From the human T2T-CHM13v2.0 reference genome, Homo sapiens, in assembly GCF_009914755.1 (NCBI RefSeq), contig NC_060930.1: 64,000 nt of DNA; one strand, 5' to 3'. The notes under the pieces were generated by a model, which ran no database searches, was not told the DNA's origin, and was given only the letters and a program-made list of their open reading frames with translations. Shown in pieces: positions 45,600 through 59,859 of this stretch (positions are counted from its first letter, which is position 1; each line of letters opens with the position of its first letter). Both the position numbers and the translations under genes were made by a program.

Positions 45600-46760
45600 T
45601 ATACACACATGCATTTTCTAGCTGTGATCCCTGAGAGAGTCTAATAGCAATGACATACCAGAAAAAACAAATGCACCAAGCATGTGGATCTTGATTTCTA
45701 TTACCATTTTCCAATAAAAGGAAGCAGGGCTTTTTGGAAAAATGGCTGATTCTAGAACTGAGTCACGGAAAATACAAGAATGGCCTAGAGAACTTGAAGG
45801 GTCAGAAAGTAAGAAAGTGCTTTGAAGACAAAATGATGAGGGTCAAAGTGACACAGGAGTCAACTTGAAAAGCTCCCAATGGGCAAGGCTGGGACAATTT
45901 GAGCAACAAAATAAATAATGTAGTATTGGATTATAACCCAACATATAAAATGAATACCGATGAATTCATAGGAATAGAAATACATAATCAAACAAATAAA
46001 TAAATAAATGAGGAAGAGACAAATGTCCCATATCGAAGAATTTCAAATAATTATATATAAATATAACTCCTTCTGGGAGCAGAATGCAGCTCCTGGACCC
46101 CTTAAGTGAGGGCTGTGCATCGTGACTTCCTTCCAAAGAGTACAATATGGATTCGGGTGGGGAAGTCAGGAAGAGCAACTTTACCCTAGAGAGATCTGAC
46201 GAACACGACCGCAATTGGGCTATCAAGGTGAATATCCTCTGTGATGTCATGTTGATAGAATGTATCTTTGATATGATGTTATGATAAGGACAGTTTATCT
46301 TTGTGATCTTCCTTCACAAAATGCACGACCACAGTGTAACCATGAGAAAAACATGTAGAAAAACCCCATGTGAGGGACATTGTACAAAATGTCTGGCCCG
46401 TAAGCCTCAAAACTGTCAAGGTAAAAACAAACAACAATAACAACAACAACAACAACCAAAGAACAAGGAAAGATTGACGAACTGTCACAGTCTAGAGGAG
46501 CCTAAGAAGACATGGTGACTAAATGTAATGTGGTAACCTGGATGGGATCTGGGAATAGGAAAATATATGAGGTACAAACTGAGGAAATCCAAATAAAGTA
46601 TGGAATTTAGTAATAATCATTTATTAATATTAGTTTATTCATTCTGACTATAGTAATGTAAGATGTTAACGATAGGAGAAACAAGGTGCAGGGAATATGA
46701 AACTCTCCATGCTGTCTGTAAATCTAAAATTATTCTGAAACAAAATGTTTATTTTTATAA
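45600..46760 (+). mobile_element. L1MC/L1MD 3' UTR
   Basis: gcaatgacatacc...aaatggctgattctag...tgtaaatctaaaattattc. Confidence 0.7.
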
Positions 46761-48208
46761 AAAGGCAATTGAGAAAGTGAAATAGAACAAGGAACATAAA
46801 CATTTACATAAATACTTGTACCCACAAAATAAAATAAATGACCATACATGTAAAAGGTTATTTTGGGATTTTCAATTCTGATCCACGATTTAGATGTCTC
46901 CTTACACAATACCTCTCTAACTTAATTTCTGTAGTTTTGTAGTACATCTTGAAATCAGGTAGTGCAAATCTTTCAACTCTTATTTTTCAAAGCTTTTTTG
47001 GTATTCTGGGTCCATTGCTTTATCATTTATTGTTGAAATACCTTGTCAATTTCTATTAAGAAAGACTGCAGAAATTTTAATAGACATTAGATTAAATAAA
47101 TACATACATTAACCTAGGGAGAACTGACCTCTTAAGATATTGTCTTAGAGTCTATGAATAGATAATAGCTTTTCATTTTGTTAGAGGTATTTAATTTCTC
47201 TCAGCAATCCTTTGTAGGTTTTTGTGTACCAGTATTTCATTTCTTCTGTTAAATTTTTTCATAAGTATAGTATTTCTTTTCGATGCTATTTTGAATAAAA
47301 TTGTTTTCTTAATTTCAAGTTTTGATTATTGCTAGTATTAAAAATACCATTGATTTCTCAATTTTGGTTTGTATCCTGCAACCTTTCAAAGATGTTTACT
47401 AATTGTAGGTTTCTTTCCTTTTTATGTTTTCTTAAGATTTTCTACACACAAGATCATGTTGTCTGCAAATAAAAACAGCTTTATTTCTTTTTATCCAATC
47501 TATATCCCTTTAGTTTATGTTTATGGCCTGATAGCATTGTCTGAAACCCCTGGCACAGAATTGAATAGAAGCAATGAGAGCAAACATCTTGGCTTTGTTT
47601 CTGGTCTAATTGTGAAAGCATTCAGTCTTTCACTATTAAATAGGTTGTTAGTCCTAGAGTTTTTAAAGAGTTCCTTTATAAAGTTGAAGTTGTCTTCTAT
47701 TCACTGTTTGTTTAAAGTATTTTTTAAAATCATAAGTGGATGCTGGAATTTCCTCAAATGCTTTTCTGAGTCTATTGAGGTGGCCATGTGGTTTTTGCCG
47801 TCTATTCTATTGATATTATGTATTATACTGTTTGATTTTTGGATGTTAAACAAACTTTGTATCTTCACATCCAAGTGGGTAAATCCTACTTGCCATGATG
47901 TATAATCCTTCTGACCTGTTAACAAGATTTGGTATTGCTAATATTTTGTTAAGGATTTTTGTATTTGTATTCATTAATCCTAAATGAATTGGTCTACAGT
48001 TGTTTCTCATTTGATGTCTTTGTCTGGCTTTGGTATCAGAGTAATGCTAACTTCATAGAATAAATCAGAAAGTGTTTCTTCCTCCTTTACTTTCTGAGTT
48101 TGTGCAGGATTGGTATCCTTTCCTTTTTCTTCTTTAAATATTATGTAGAATGCACTAGTGAATTCAGGCTTTTCTTCATGGGAATGATTTTTATTACTAA
48201 TTAAATTT

Positions 48209-48577
48209 CCTTCCCTCCTTCCCTCCCTCTCTCCCTCCCTCCCTCCCTCCCTCCCTTCCTTCCTTCCTTCCTTCCTTCCTTCCTTCCTTTCTTTTTTTTG
48301 GCACAGTCTTGCTCGGTCACTCAGGCTGGAGTAAAACAGCACAATCGCAATCACTGCAACCACCACCTTCTGGGCTCAAGCAGTTAACCCACCTCAGCCT
48401 CCCAAGTAGCAGGGACTGTAGGTGTGTGCCACTATGCTGGGCTAATTTTTGTATTTTTTGTAGAGAGGGGGTTCGTCATGTCACCTAGGCTGGTCTCAAA
48501 CTCTTGGAATCAAGTGATTTGTTTGCTTCAGCCTCCCAAAGTGCTGGGATTACAGGTGTGAGCCACTGTGTCTGGCC
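48209..48577 (-). mobile_element. AluJ whose tail has expanded into (CCTT/CCCT)n
   Basis: Antisense Alu 48291-48577; simple repeat 48209-48290. Confidence 0.88.
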
Positions 48578-49689
48578 TAACTTAATTTCTTTACTTGTTG
48601 TAGTTCTCTACAAATGTTCTATTTTTTCTTGACTCTCTTTTGCTATTAATAATAAGTATCTTTGTCTCAATTTTTCCATTTTATTCAAGTTGTTAATTCA
48701 TTGGCATAAAGCAGATTGTAATATTTTCTCATAATCATTTAAATTTATGTGGAAGTTACTGATGCTCCCATTTTCATTCATAATTTTATTAATTAGTCTA
48801 ATTCTTTATCAGTTTTGCTGACTTTTCAAAGAACAAACTTTTGGTTCCATTGATTTTCTCTGTTAGTTTTCTATTTTCTTACTAATTGATTACAGCACTG
48901 ATCTTTATGATGTCCTTCTACTTAATTTGGGTCTGGTTTGCTTTTCTTTTCTTTAGGTGGAGAAAACTTAAAGTTTTTTTCATTTCTAATATGTGTTTAA
49001 AGCAATTAATTTTTCTCTAAGTATTACTTTAGCTGCATTCCCAAATTTTTATATATTTTCCTCTTCATGCAATTCAAGACATTTTCTTAGTTTCAAAGTA
49101 GTTTGTTAATTGACCCTTGGGTTATTTATAAATGTGCTGTACAATTTCCAAATATTTGGGATCTCCCAAATTTCTTCATTAACAACAGAAAATGAACAAT
49201 TTCTAATTTAACTAAAATTAAATTAGGGTTAACAATTATAATTAACAACTTCTAATTTAATTTTATTGGTCTCAGAAAGCATATTTTAAGTGATTTCAAT
49301 TCTTTTAAATTTATTGAGACTTATTTTATGGCCTAGAATATGGTCCATTCTGGGGAATATTCTTTTTGTCATTGAAAAGAGTGTATTTTCTGCTGTTTAG
49401 TGGGGGAGTGTTCTGTAAATGTCAGGTAGGTCAAGTTGATTGGAAATGTTGTTTGTTTCAGTTTTCAATATCTGTAATGATTTTCTGCCTTGTTGTTCTA
49501 TCAATGACTTAAAGTGAGGTATTAAAATTTGCACCTGTAATTGTTGAACTGATTTATTCTTTCAATTCTGTTTGTGTTTGGTTCATGTACTTTGGGGCTC
49601 TGATGTTATGTATGGTAAATTTAAAACTTCCATATATATTGACCCTTGTATCATAAAATGTCCTTCCTTGTCACTAGTAATTTTTTTAT

Positions 49690-50065
49690 ATTTCTTTTTT
49701 TGAATTTTATTTTTAATTGACATGTAATAATTGCACATAGGTAGGGAGTACAGAGTGATATTTTGATATCTGCATGCAATGTGTGTATGATAAAATCAGG
49801 GTAGTTTGCATATCTATCACCTCAAATATATATCATTTCTTCATGTTGGGAGTATTCAAAATCCTCTCTTCCAGTTATTTGAAAATATACAATGAATTAT
49901 TGTGAACTATAGTTATCCCACAGTGCTACAGAGCACTAGAACTTATTCCTGCTATCTAGCTGTACTTTTGTATCTGGTAATCGACCTCTCTTTATATTCC
50001 CTTCCCCATTCCTCTTTCCAGGTTCTAATAACCACAGTTCTACTCTCTACTTCAATGAGTTCAAC
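49690..50065 (-). mobile_element. L1MA (MA7-9-like) 3' end
   Basis: tttaattgacatgtaataattgcacat...tatctatcacctcaaa. Confidence 0.75.
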
Positions 50066-53000
50066 ATTAATAATATTTCTTATTTTAGTCTCTATTTTGT
50101 CTCATATTAATAGCCACTCCATATAGTCTACTATATGCAAGGTATATCTTTCCTCATCCTTTTACTTTCAGCCTAGTTGTCTCTTTAAATTCAAATAGTG
50201 TCTCTTGTAGACAACACACCATTGGATCTTGCTTTTTTATTCAGTCTGAAAGTCTCTGCCCTCTCACTGGAGTGTTTATTTAGTTCATACACTTTAAAAG
50301 ACACTATTAATATAGTTGGATTTACATCTGTCATTTTGCTGTCTATTTTTGATGTATATCATGTCTTTTTTGTTCCTCTATTCTTCCTTTATTACATTTT
50401 TATATTGAGCAAATATTGTAATGTGCCATTTTACTTTCTCTGTGTTTTAAAATAACAGCTTTATTCAGATAATTCATATACTATAAATTCACATATTTAA
50501 AGTGTGAGATTCAGTTGTTGTAGTATATTCACAGAGTTGAGTAGCCATCACCACAATGAATTTTAGAACATTTTCATCACCCCCAAAAAAATCCCTGTAC
50601 TAATGGGACAGATTTCTCCATTTCTCCCTAAACCTCCCCCTGCCCAGACCTCAAAAATTATTATCTACTTTCTGTGTCTACAGATTTTCCTATTCTGGTA
50701 AGAGTAAACATTCTTATATTGTTTCTGATCTTAGGAGGAAAGTACTCTTTCACTGTTAAATATGATGTTAGCTGTGGATCTTCATAGATGCCCTTAATTA
50801 GATTGAGGAGGTTCCCTTCTGTTCCTAATTTGTTGAATGTTGTTGTCAGAAAGTGTATGAAGTTTTATCGAATGCCTGTTCTGCATCTATTGAGATGATA
50901 ATGTAATTTTTGTTTTTAAGCCTATTACTGTGATGTGTTATACTAATTGATTTTGGGTCTGGGGCAGTAGGAGGTTTAGAGGGGAATGGGAGAGGCTGTC
51001 CATGAGTACAGGGATTTTTTTAGGGAGTGATGAAAATATTCTAAAATTGATTGTGGTGACCACTACTCAACTCTGTGAATATTTTCATAAACTTTATATT
51101 TCTGAAATAAATTCCACTTGTTAATGGTATATAGTCCTTTTATATATGTTGCCAGACTCTGTTTGGCAGTATTTTATTGAGGATGTTTACGTCTATATTC
51201 ATAACAGATATTGGCCCATAGTTTTCTTTCTTTGTGATATGCCTTTCTGATTTGAATATTAGGATAATACTGGCCTCATAGAATGAGGTGCGAACTATTT
51301 CCTCTCTTTCTGATATTTGGATGACTTCGTGAATAATTGGCGTTAATTCTTTTAGTGTTTGGTAGAATTTACCAGATAAGCCAATTTGTCCTGTGCTTTT
51401 CTTTGGGGGTAGTGTTTAATTATCTATTCAGTTTTTTACTGTTCTAGGCCTATTCAGATTTTCTATTTTCTTTTTGAATCAATTTTAATAGTTTGTGTTC
51501 TTCCTGGATTTTATTCATTTTGTCTAATTTATGTAATTTGTTGGCATATAGTTGTTCATAGTATTCCTTTACAAACCTCTTTATTTCTGTAGGATTTGTA
51601 GTAATGTCTCGTCTTTCATTTTCATTTTTCTAAGTCTATATTTGAGTTATTTTCTTAGTGGTTATTGTAGACTATTTTAGGGATACACTATACATTTTAA
51701 CTATCACAGTCTGGACCAGGTAATACTGATTTAATTCCAGTGAAATATAACAACTTTGTATATGTTATAAACACAATACAGTGCTGCAGTTTTGCTTTTA
51801 TAGTTTTATATTTCTCTCATTCTAGTGTTTTTCCTCAACTGGGATTGCAAACTCAGGCTAGTTTAGCCTAATGCTTTCTCAATTTATTTCAATAATTTTA
51901 CTAACAATGCTGCCATCCACAATTGTTGCCCTCTGCTCCAAATCAGGTTCACTCCTGCTAGCAGCAAAGCTGCTGGTTTTCCAAACCTGTCCTATCCTTG
52001 TAAAATGACCATGCCAACTGACTAGGTATGTGTGTGTTTATGTGCACGTGTGTGTGAGTGTGTGTATGGGAGAAAGCAAGCTAGGTAAACAAGGCTGCAG
52101 GTAGAATCCCACTGTTTTTACACAAAACATTGGTAATCTTTTGTGAGTAAACACTTCTTACTTTCTTGTTCACCACTGGCTAACTATAGCTCTGAAATGT
52201 TTGTTTTTAACAATTTTTCCAGTTTTAGACTTGTTTTTTTTGGGGGGGAGAAGATTCTCCAACATCTTCATGCCACCACCTTCAGAAAGTCAAACTTTCT
52301 GATTTATAAAGAGAACATTTCTTCTTGTAAAATAGTTAAATAATAGAGGCATAAAGAATAAAAATCAATTCCCCTGTATCTCAGCATCCAGTTACAACCC
52401 CTGTTAACTTCAATGTGAATATCCTTTCAGACTTTCTCGATGTATTACCATAGAATTTTATATTAAGAAGAGTACACATTACAGAATGTTTTACAACCTG
52501 CTTTTTCCATTCAATAATACAGTAAATAAACATTTCAATGTCAGTATTAATAGACTTACATCATTCATATTGATGCCTGCAAAGGATGTTATTTTATGAC
52601 ATAGTTATTCAAAAATTCATTACCCATTCCTTCTTGAGGAGTTTTAAGATGATTTTCTCTCTTTTACTTTTTCTCATTTCGAAAACAACATGATAAAAGT
52701 ACATCTGTACTTTTGTGTGTAGGTATCTCTTTAGGAAAAATGTCTATAGAAAATATTACCTGGCTTCAGGATGTGATCATTTAAACTTTGGGTGCATTTT
52801 GTCAAATTGTCTATTGATTCATACCCCCTCCATCAGTTCATAGGGATTGCCATTTCCCATATTTTCATAAGCACTTGGCATCACTCATTACTTTCACATT
52901 TCCTAGATAAAAAATTGAGAAAGATAATTCCTATTTTTGTTTTCATTTATTTGATTACTTGTATAATTGAACATGTTTTCTGGTATTTATTGAATATTTC

Positions 53001-53209
53001 TATCTCTTTTTCTGTGTGAAGTTCCCATTTCTATTCTTTGCCAGTTTCTTTAATATTAGGATTTTTCATATTTATTAAGATTCTTCCATTTGTCATGTTA
53101 ATATTTTGCCTGCTATCTTCATTATAAATATCTTCCCCATTTTTTTCATGTCTTCAACTTTGTAATATGTTTTTTTTTATTCACCTTAAAAAAAAGCTCA
53201 TTTTATTTT

Positions 53210-53430
53210 TATGGTAGAGCACAGGCTATGGAATCAGAATGTTGAGGTTCCAATTCTAACCTATTTATAAGCTATGTGACTATAGATAATAAATTACTCT
53301 ATGCCTCAGTTTCCTCACATGTAAATTGTGAATGATAGCACCTACCTTATAGAAATTGTGTGTGTCAAATGTTACAATATATGTAAAACATTTAGAATAT
53401 TGCCTGTAAGTTCTTAATGAATCTCACCTA
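53210..53430 (+). mobile_element. MIR
   Basis: ctctatgcctcagtttcctcacatgtaaa. Confidence 0.7.
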
Positions 53431-54044
53431 TTATTGTTTTTATATAATAAAATCTTAATTAGTTTCTGGCTTTCTGGTATTCACAGCCGCCCTCACTATA
53501 AGATTGTGTAATATGCTAAATGTGCTTGGTTGGTTTAATATTTTAAATATATTTATTCATACTTTATTCCCATACTTCTATAGTATTAATATTTATATAC
53601 TTACATATTCAACCTATTTGGATTTCATTTTGGTGAATGAGATGTGTATCAAGTTTTTTGTTTATAATCTATTTTATTGAATAATTGCCAGATAAGTTAA
53701 TAATTTGTTGCATATTACATTTTTGTTTTATATTAGATTGAATTACAATATATAATTAGAAGTAACTCTGCCCTCTCTATTTTGTTCTAATTAAGTCTGT
53801 CTACTTCTGCATCAGGATTATACCACAACTATTTAATTATTGAAACAGTTTTAACAGATTTATGTCTGTGTGATCCTGTTCTCTCATTTATAAAAGTATG
53901 AAAATAGTGGTACCTATCTCAGAGAGCTATTTGAAAATTAATATATGTTAAGTATTTAGAACAGTTGCTTTGCTACATGTAAATGTTTCAATACATATTA
54001 GCTGTTGTAATTATTTTTTTCTGCAAGAATAGTTTTATTTCTAG

Positions 54045-54472
54045 AATGTTGGATTGTTAGCCCAAGTCAAGGGTAGAATCTATTTTCCTACCTCTTGGAT
54101 CAAGTAGGCTTGTGCTGTGTCTTGATCAGTAGAATGGTAGAAGTGACCTTGTGTGATTTGTAAGCCTGGGCCTCAACAGACCTTAAGGCATCTACTTTCA
54201 CTGTGTAGGAAACTTGGGCTCTCTTGCTGTATAGAATATAACTGAGGTGCCCTGGGTGGCTGTTCTGGAAAACCACCAGAAACATGAACCATTTTGGGCC
54301 ATTCATTCTTAGTAGAAATCTCAATGCCAGCAAGCTGTAAGAGAGGCCCCCAGGTGAGCTTAGCAGAAAGACTATCCAGCTTAATGCAGCTAAAATTGCA
54401 GAACTGTGAAGAAATAAGTGTTTTAAGCTTCGGTTTTATAGCTTTCAAATGCCACAGTAGATAACTGATACA
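54045..54472 (+). mobile_element. MLT1F/G-like LTR
   Basis: agaatggtagaagtgacc...gtagataactgataca end. Confidence 0.7.
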
Positions 54473-57049
54473 CACACATTAGTTTTCCATTTTATTTTAA
54501 AATCAAATAATTACCTAAATATCTCAATAATTGAAGTTTTGCATTCTACAAGAATGCTTACTCTTTTGTAATCTGTCTTTGAATCTAAACTTTAGTCATT
54601 ATTCTAGCAACACAAATATCTATGAAGATATAAGAAAATATGAAAACTCACAATAATACCTAAAAGAAAAATTGATGAATTATTCTCATAGTCTGTGAAC
54701 ATTTTTTCTGTTAAATACATAGAGGACAGAGCTATAGTTAGAACAAATAATGGCTTATCTTTGCTTGAACCCAGAAGTCCTGGTCATCTGAAATGGCAAG
54801 ATGTTCAGTCCTTCTCCCAGCCTACTATCAGCCCCTAACCTCCCAGCCCCACTATCTAGAAACCTGGGATCAGTACCAAATACCGAACACTATTTTGCAC
54901 AAAAATGTGTAATTTTTTACTTGTAAGATACATTCACGTTGATTGTGAAAAAAATTGTAACCCTCTGCTGCTTTAGAATACACACCAGAATAAAATATGA
55001 TAATTAGTACTTCCAAATCAGTAGCTATTATTTTCCTGTGGCCAAATCTATTTAACTGTGTTTCTTTATTATGCATAAAAGATGTTTTGAAGTCCAAATC
55101 CTAAGTATATTCGCATACAGTTTTTCCTCTGGTACTGTGCCAGTTACTTGGTGTGTGACATATTTTATTTCAATAATTAGGTAAAAGGATAAATAGCAGA
55201 CTTAAGGAAGTCAGGAAGAAAATTAAGACCAACACACACAGAAATTTGTGGATTGCAATTTTTCTTTAATGTAGCTTCTGAAATAATCAGAATGGCTGAT
55301 CTCTGGCATATCTAAAGAGAAGAAAACCTAGTAAATGAGCAAAATTAGTAATGATAAAGTTGTTTGGCAACAGCTACTGAAAAGATGGTCCAATAATTCA
55401 ACCATAAGGATATGACATTTTAAGCTTTTGTGTTTGTTAAAAAAAGAAGGTAAATTGGCTGAAATTAAATCCCCTAAGTCAAAACTTTTACATTTCTCTA
55501 GTTTTCAGCAGTATAATTCTCTTGTATAGAGAAATATTTAAAATAATAGTAAATGCGGTTCTGCTCTTTATGCTAGTTTTTGACATTTCTCATTTTTCTA
55601 GGTGTAAATCATGGGAAAAGTTATTTTTGTAATTTATCTGAGAAAGTACTAACCTAGATTCTTCTAAGTCAGGATGAGATGGTAATGTTTTTTCCGAATC
55701 TCACCAAGAAAAACCGTTAGGGAAACACAGTATAATTTGATGAAATAATTTTATTTTCTGCCACAAATGCCATTTCTAGCAGTGCATGGTACAACGTTCT
55801 ACCCTTCTTGTTCGATTTGTTCAACATATTAAGAGAGATTACTGGTAAGATACAGGCCAGGAAATTGCTGCAGTCTATCAGACCAATGGATCTTCCTTCC
55901 CCACCCCTCCAGTACCTCTGATGATCCATACACATGCATAGTGTGCATCACATACATGGCATGGTTTCCAGGCCTCTGTGTGTGTGTGTGCATGCACGCA
56001 GACTTGTGTGTCTGAAAGCATTTACAGTATATGTGTGTATATATCTAGACCAGCATATAATGACTGAGAAGAATATTTATGATAACTTAAATGTGTGTAG
56101 CATTTTGTAGTTTGCAAAGTTTTTTAACAACCATATCATTTACACTCACATGTATTTAAGGTCAGAAATGCAGGAAGTAAGTGCCTCACACTACAGAGAA
56201 ACAACCATGAACAAAGAGGCTAAGTAACATGTCTGAGGTTATGGAGGAAAGGAGAGGACAGACGGGAAGCCACAGTCCCTCACTAGTGCCCTCTACCCAG
56301 CTTCGTGCTGGCCCCAGCTTGAAGAAAATACATTTTCTTTATGTCCAGTGAATGCAACTGAAGAATGATACCCCAGTTTTTACTATTTTTTTTTAGGTAC
56401 ATTTCCTTGAGAAAAATGTCCAGTGTAATCTGGGTAGCATTATATAGGAAAACATAAGGATTAAGTTTCAGTATATGGCATGTATTTTGTTATTCTGCAT
56501 ACTGATGCCTGTTTTAAAAAAAATAGGCTCTGGAATACCATTGGCTTATGCAATTTTGAGAGTTCTAGAATAGCCTGCTATATCACTCCCTCCTAAACAT
56601 ACACACATACATACATACATTCTATATAATGTATCAGATGCTAATCATTAATTAATTAAGCCCTTTAGGGTTAAATATTTAACCAAATACCTATCTAATT
56701 TAGTCTAAAGTAAAAATAGCAGAATTCATGTTTCCCCTCCCCATCACATTAGAAATCTATAAATGGCTATCTTCTTAGCTATCTTATATAAGAACAGAGA
56801 AGTTACAGGTGATTAAAGAGATGATTAAAAATGCAAATATAGCCTTTAAAAAATCATTGATCATATAAGCAGAAATGACTTCACCTTCTGTGAGTGGCTT
56901 GGATGTAAAACACCTATTTAATTTTAACCATCATTATTGTGAGCCAGCCTTGTGGAAATGGGAGAGAGCCATCTGCTACAAAAAGGTGACTATAAATAAC
57001 ACACAATGATAATAATTCAGTCATTATTGATTGGGGTAGAATTGCATGG

Positions 57050-57280
57050 GGATCAATGACAGAGCTTGGAGATCAGAAATATGGGGTTTGAATGGCGACT
57101 CTCCCACTTTTTGCCACTGTGACTTCACACAATTTAACCTCTTTTAGTCATTGTCCTTTTATCTGCAAAATGGAGATAATTCTATCTACTTCATATAGTT
57201 CTTGTGAGGATTAAATTTAAAAACACATTAATAGCACTGAGAATGGCACATTGTTAAGTGTTCAATAATTGGTTTTTATT
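57050..57280 (+). mobile_element. MIR
   Basis: atctgcaaaatggagataat...gtgaggattaaat. Confidence 0.7.
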
Positions 57281-57544
57281 ACAAGAAATTTGGCAATGAT
57301 TTCATAAGCAAAATTTCCCACTGATCCAAGAACTCAGGTATTTTTAAAACATTCCTGAGATTTTTTTTTGCTATAAAACCTACATTAAACACTAATAATG
57401 TGGATACTTCTGTCTGTTATTATGTTGCTGTTAGAAACATCACAGAACTTTCCAAGCTGACATGTCTTACATCTTTCCTAGTCCAAGCTTCTGGATGTCC
57501 TGCCAAGTGCCTCAAATCATGACTCCCTCACTTTGAGAAAAGAT

Positions 57545-58120
57545 CTATTTCCTATTCTTCTGCTTAGTGTCTTGGGGCCCTGACATTTGCAAACTTTATT
57601 TTCTATCATCCGTCTACCAATTGCTTTCTGCTTAGATATGGATAATGGGAAGCAAAACCGGGAAGTTGGAGGACTAGAAGAGGAAGCCAGGTTATTTCTG
57701 TGCCTTCTCTCTCATCTTTGGGCTGCATTTCTAACATAGGCTGATTCTCCTCCATAATTCCATCTCTCTCTGGCTGACCTTCTCTCTGTACTCACAACTT
57801 CTGTTGGGCAAATGCCTGCCATCATCCCAGTTCCCAGTTGGGACCCTCCCTCCATGCGTGGCTGCTCCTCTATGGTTCCACTACTGTCTGTGTCTGAGTG
57901 TTCTGGCTTCTGGACTCATCACTTCCTTTGTCTCTTCAGTTCTTGAGTAACTTTTGGCTGACACTGATCTCTGGGTGTTGATGCTTAACTCTGGGTGTCC
58001 TTACCATTCCCTAATTGTCTTGCAGCTCTTTCTCTTCCTTTGTGACTCATTGCCTGTATTAATGTCCTGTATTAAACTTCTTGATTTAGCATGTCCTCCT
58101 GATTAGATCTTGACTTATCA
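57545..58120 (+). mobile_element. Old ERVL LTR (LTR16/LTR33-like)
   Basis: Degenerate ERVL LTR motifs. Confidence 0.4.
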
Positions 58121-58586
58121 AATCATGGTGATTCCACAGCTATTTTCCAAGCAGCTGAACTAGCATAGAGATTTGATTTTTAGTGAGTTCTGGATACCAG
58201 AGAACTTTATAAACAAGCAAATATTAAACTACGACTAATTTCCTTTTTTTATTTAAAAAACTTAAAAAACACTTGCTCCAGACTTTGATAACTATTTTTA
58301 TTAGTAAGCAGCTATATAGTAGAAATTCTGTGTCCAAAATCTGTAGGTGAAAAAAATACATGAAATCCAAGACATGATATTTTTCTTTGTTTCTATGCTA
58401 GTATTATAGCTCCTGACATTTAGGATTTTGAAGCAGGAATCATTAAATTACTTTCAAGTTTATGCTAAATAAATGAGCTTGGAATTCCAAACAAAATCCC
58501 AAACTTGATGCATTAAGATGTTTCCCTCTGTTTCTCATTGATATAATTACCAAAAATTAAATTGAAACAAAAGAAACAATACAAAT

Positions 58587-58933
58587 TGTTACGGCCTGAA
58601 TGCTTGTGTTCGCCTAAAATTTATATGTTGAAATCTAATCACCAACTTGATGATATTGTCACCAATATAGGCCTTGGGTGGTGATTAGACCATGATGGTT
58701 GAACCCTCATGGGTGGTATTAATGATCTTATAAAACAGGCCCCAGAGAGCTGCCTTGTCCCTTCTACCATATGAGGACACAGTGAGAAAGTGCTATGTAC
58801 TATGAAATTGGCTCTCACCATACACCAAATCTCCTGATGTCCTGATCTTGGACTTCTCAGCTTCCAAAACTATGAGAAATTATATTGTCTGTAAGCCACC
58901 TTTTTGTTATAGCAGCCTGAATAAACATAGACA
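58587..58933 (+). mobile_element. MLT1A LTR
   Basis: tgttacggcctgaatg...tatgttgaaatctaatc...ttgttatagcagcctga. Confidence 0.8.
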
Positions 58934-59859
58934 TCAACCAAATATTAAAAAAAAATAGCTAATGGTAACAAATGTATGTTCTACTTAATCACAGGGAATC
59001 TCATAAAATAAGTCAGATATTTTTAAGTTACTGCATAAGTCATGAAAATAATCAAACTTATGACTTCTTTCAGTGTTGTAGTTCATCTTTAATTCAAGGG
59101 AGAAATAACTGACCAAAGAAAAAAAGGTGAATTGAATTCTGAAGTTTAGGAAAATCTATTAACATTTCAAATAAAACATAACCAGCTTCTCTTAGGCAAT
59201 CAGATGGGTACATGTATGTTTTCATTTTTATGCAGGTGGGTTGCATTCAAAAAGAAAGACAGCATGGGATAGTCAGCATGCCCTGAGACATGTCTTTGTT
59301 TAATTGCTTTTCTGTTTCCCATGATCGTTGGGAAAATATCATCAATCAGTTAGGGTTATGGAACTTATCTAAAGTTGTAGAATATCTGCTCTGATGGATT
59401 TATGTGACTACTATGTTCATGTAAATAAAGAAATTTATTAAATTGACCATTTCAGGGAAATGTGAATTGAGGCAAGACAAGAATTATCTCTCTGAGGTGG
59501 TGCAGCTGGTGCTTAGAAAATGTTACTGACCTTGACAATGCTGCAATTCACCAACAATAATGAATCTCTGACTTTAAAAAATGATTTTCAGGAAGGCAAA
59601 CCTACATTAATGAAAGCATTTCTCAAAATGGCCTATCAAAGTAATATTAGCAATAAAAATAAGTCAATTAGGAAGAAAACTTGTTTTAATAATACATACA
59701 GAAATTATAAAATAAGAAACTAGGTCCAGGACTTAGACAGTTTTGTATTCCATCATTATAAATACGTAATGTAGTAGTGGAAAAAAGTGTTTAAAGGTAA
59801 TTCAATAATAATAGAAACCAAAACCATCATATGAGAAGGGGTAAATTAACACAATGGAT

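Larger units (their letters stand above)
46850..51640 (-). mobile_element. Composite of old L1M ORF2/3' fragments with nested insertions
   Basis: Degenerate RT in the track (47701..47925); L1MB 3' end at ~50445-50700. Confidence 0.7.

Noticed and set aside
44580-47905. Hydrophobic 146-aa and 178-aa plus-strand ORFs
   Set aside because: T-rich antisense readings of old L1 sequence.
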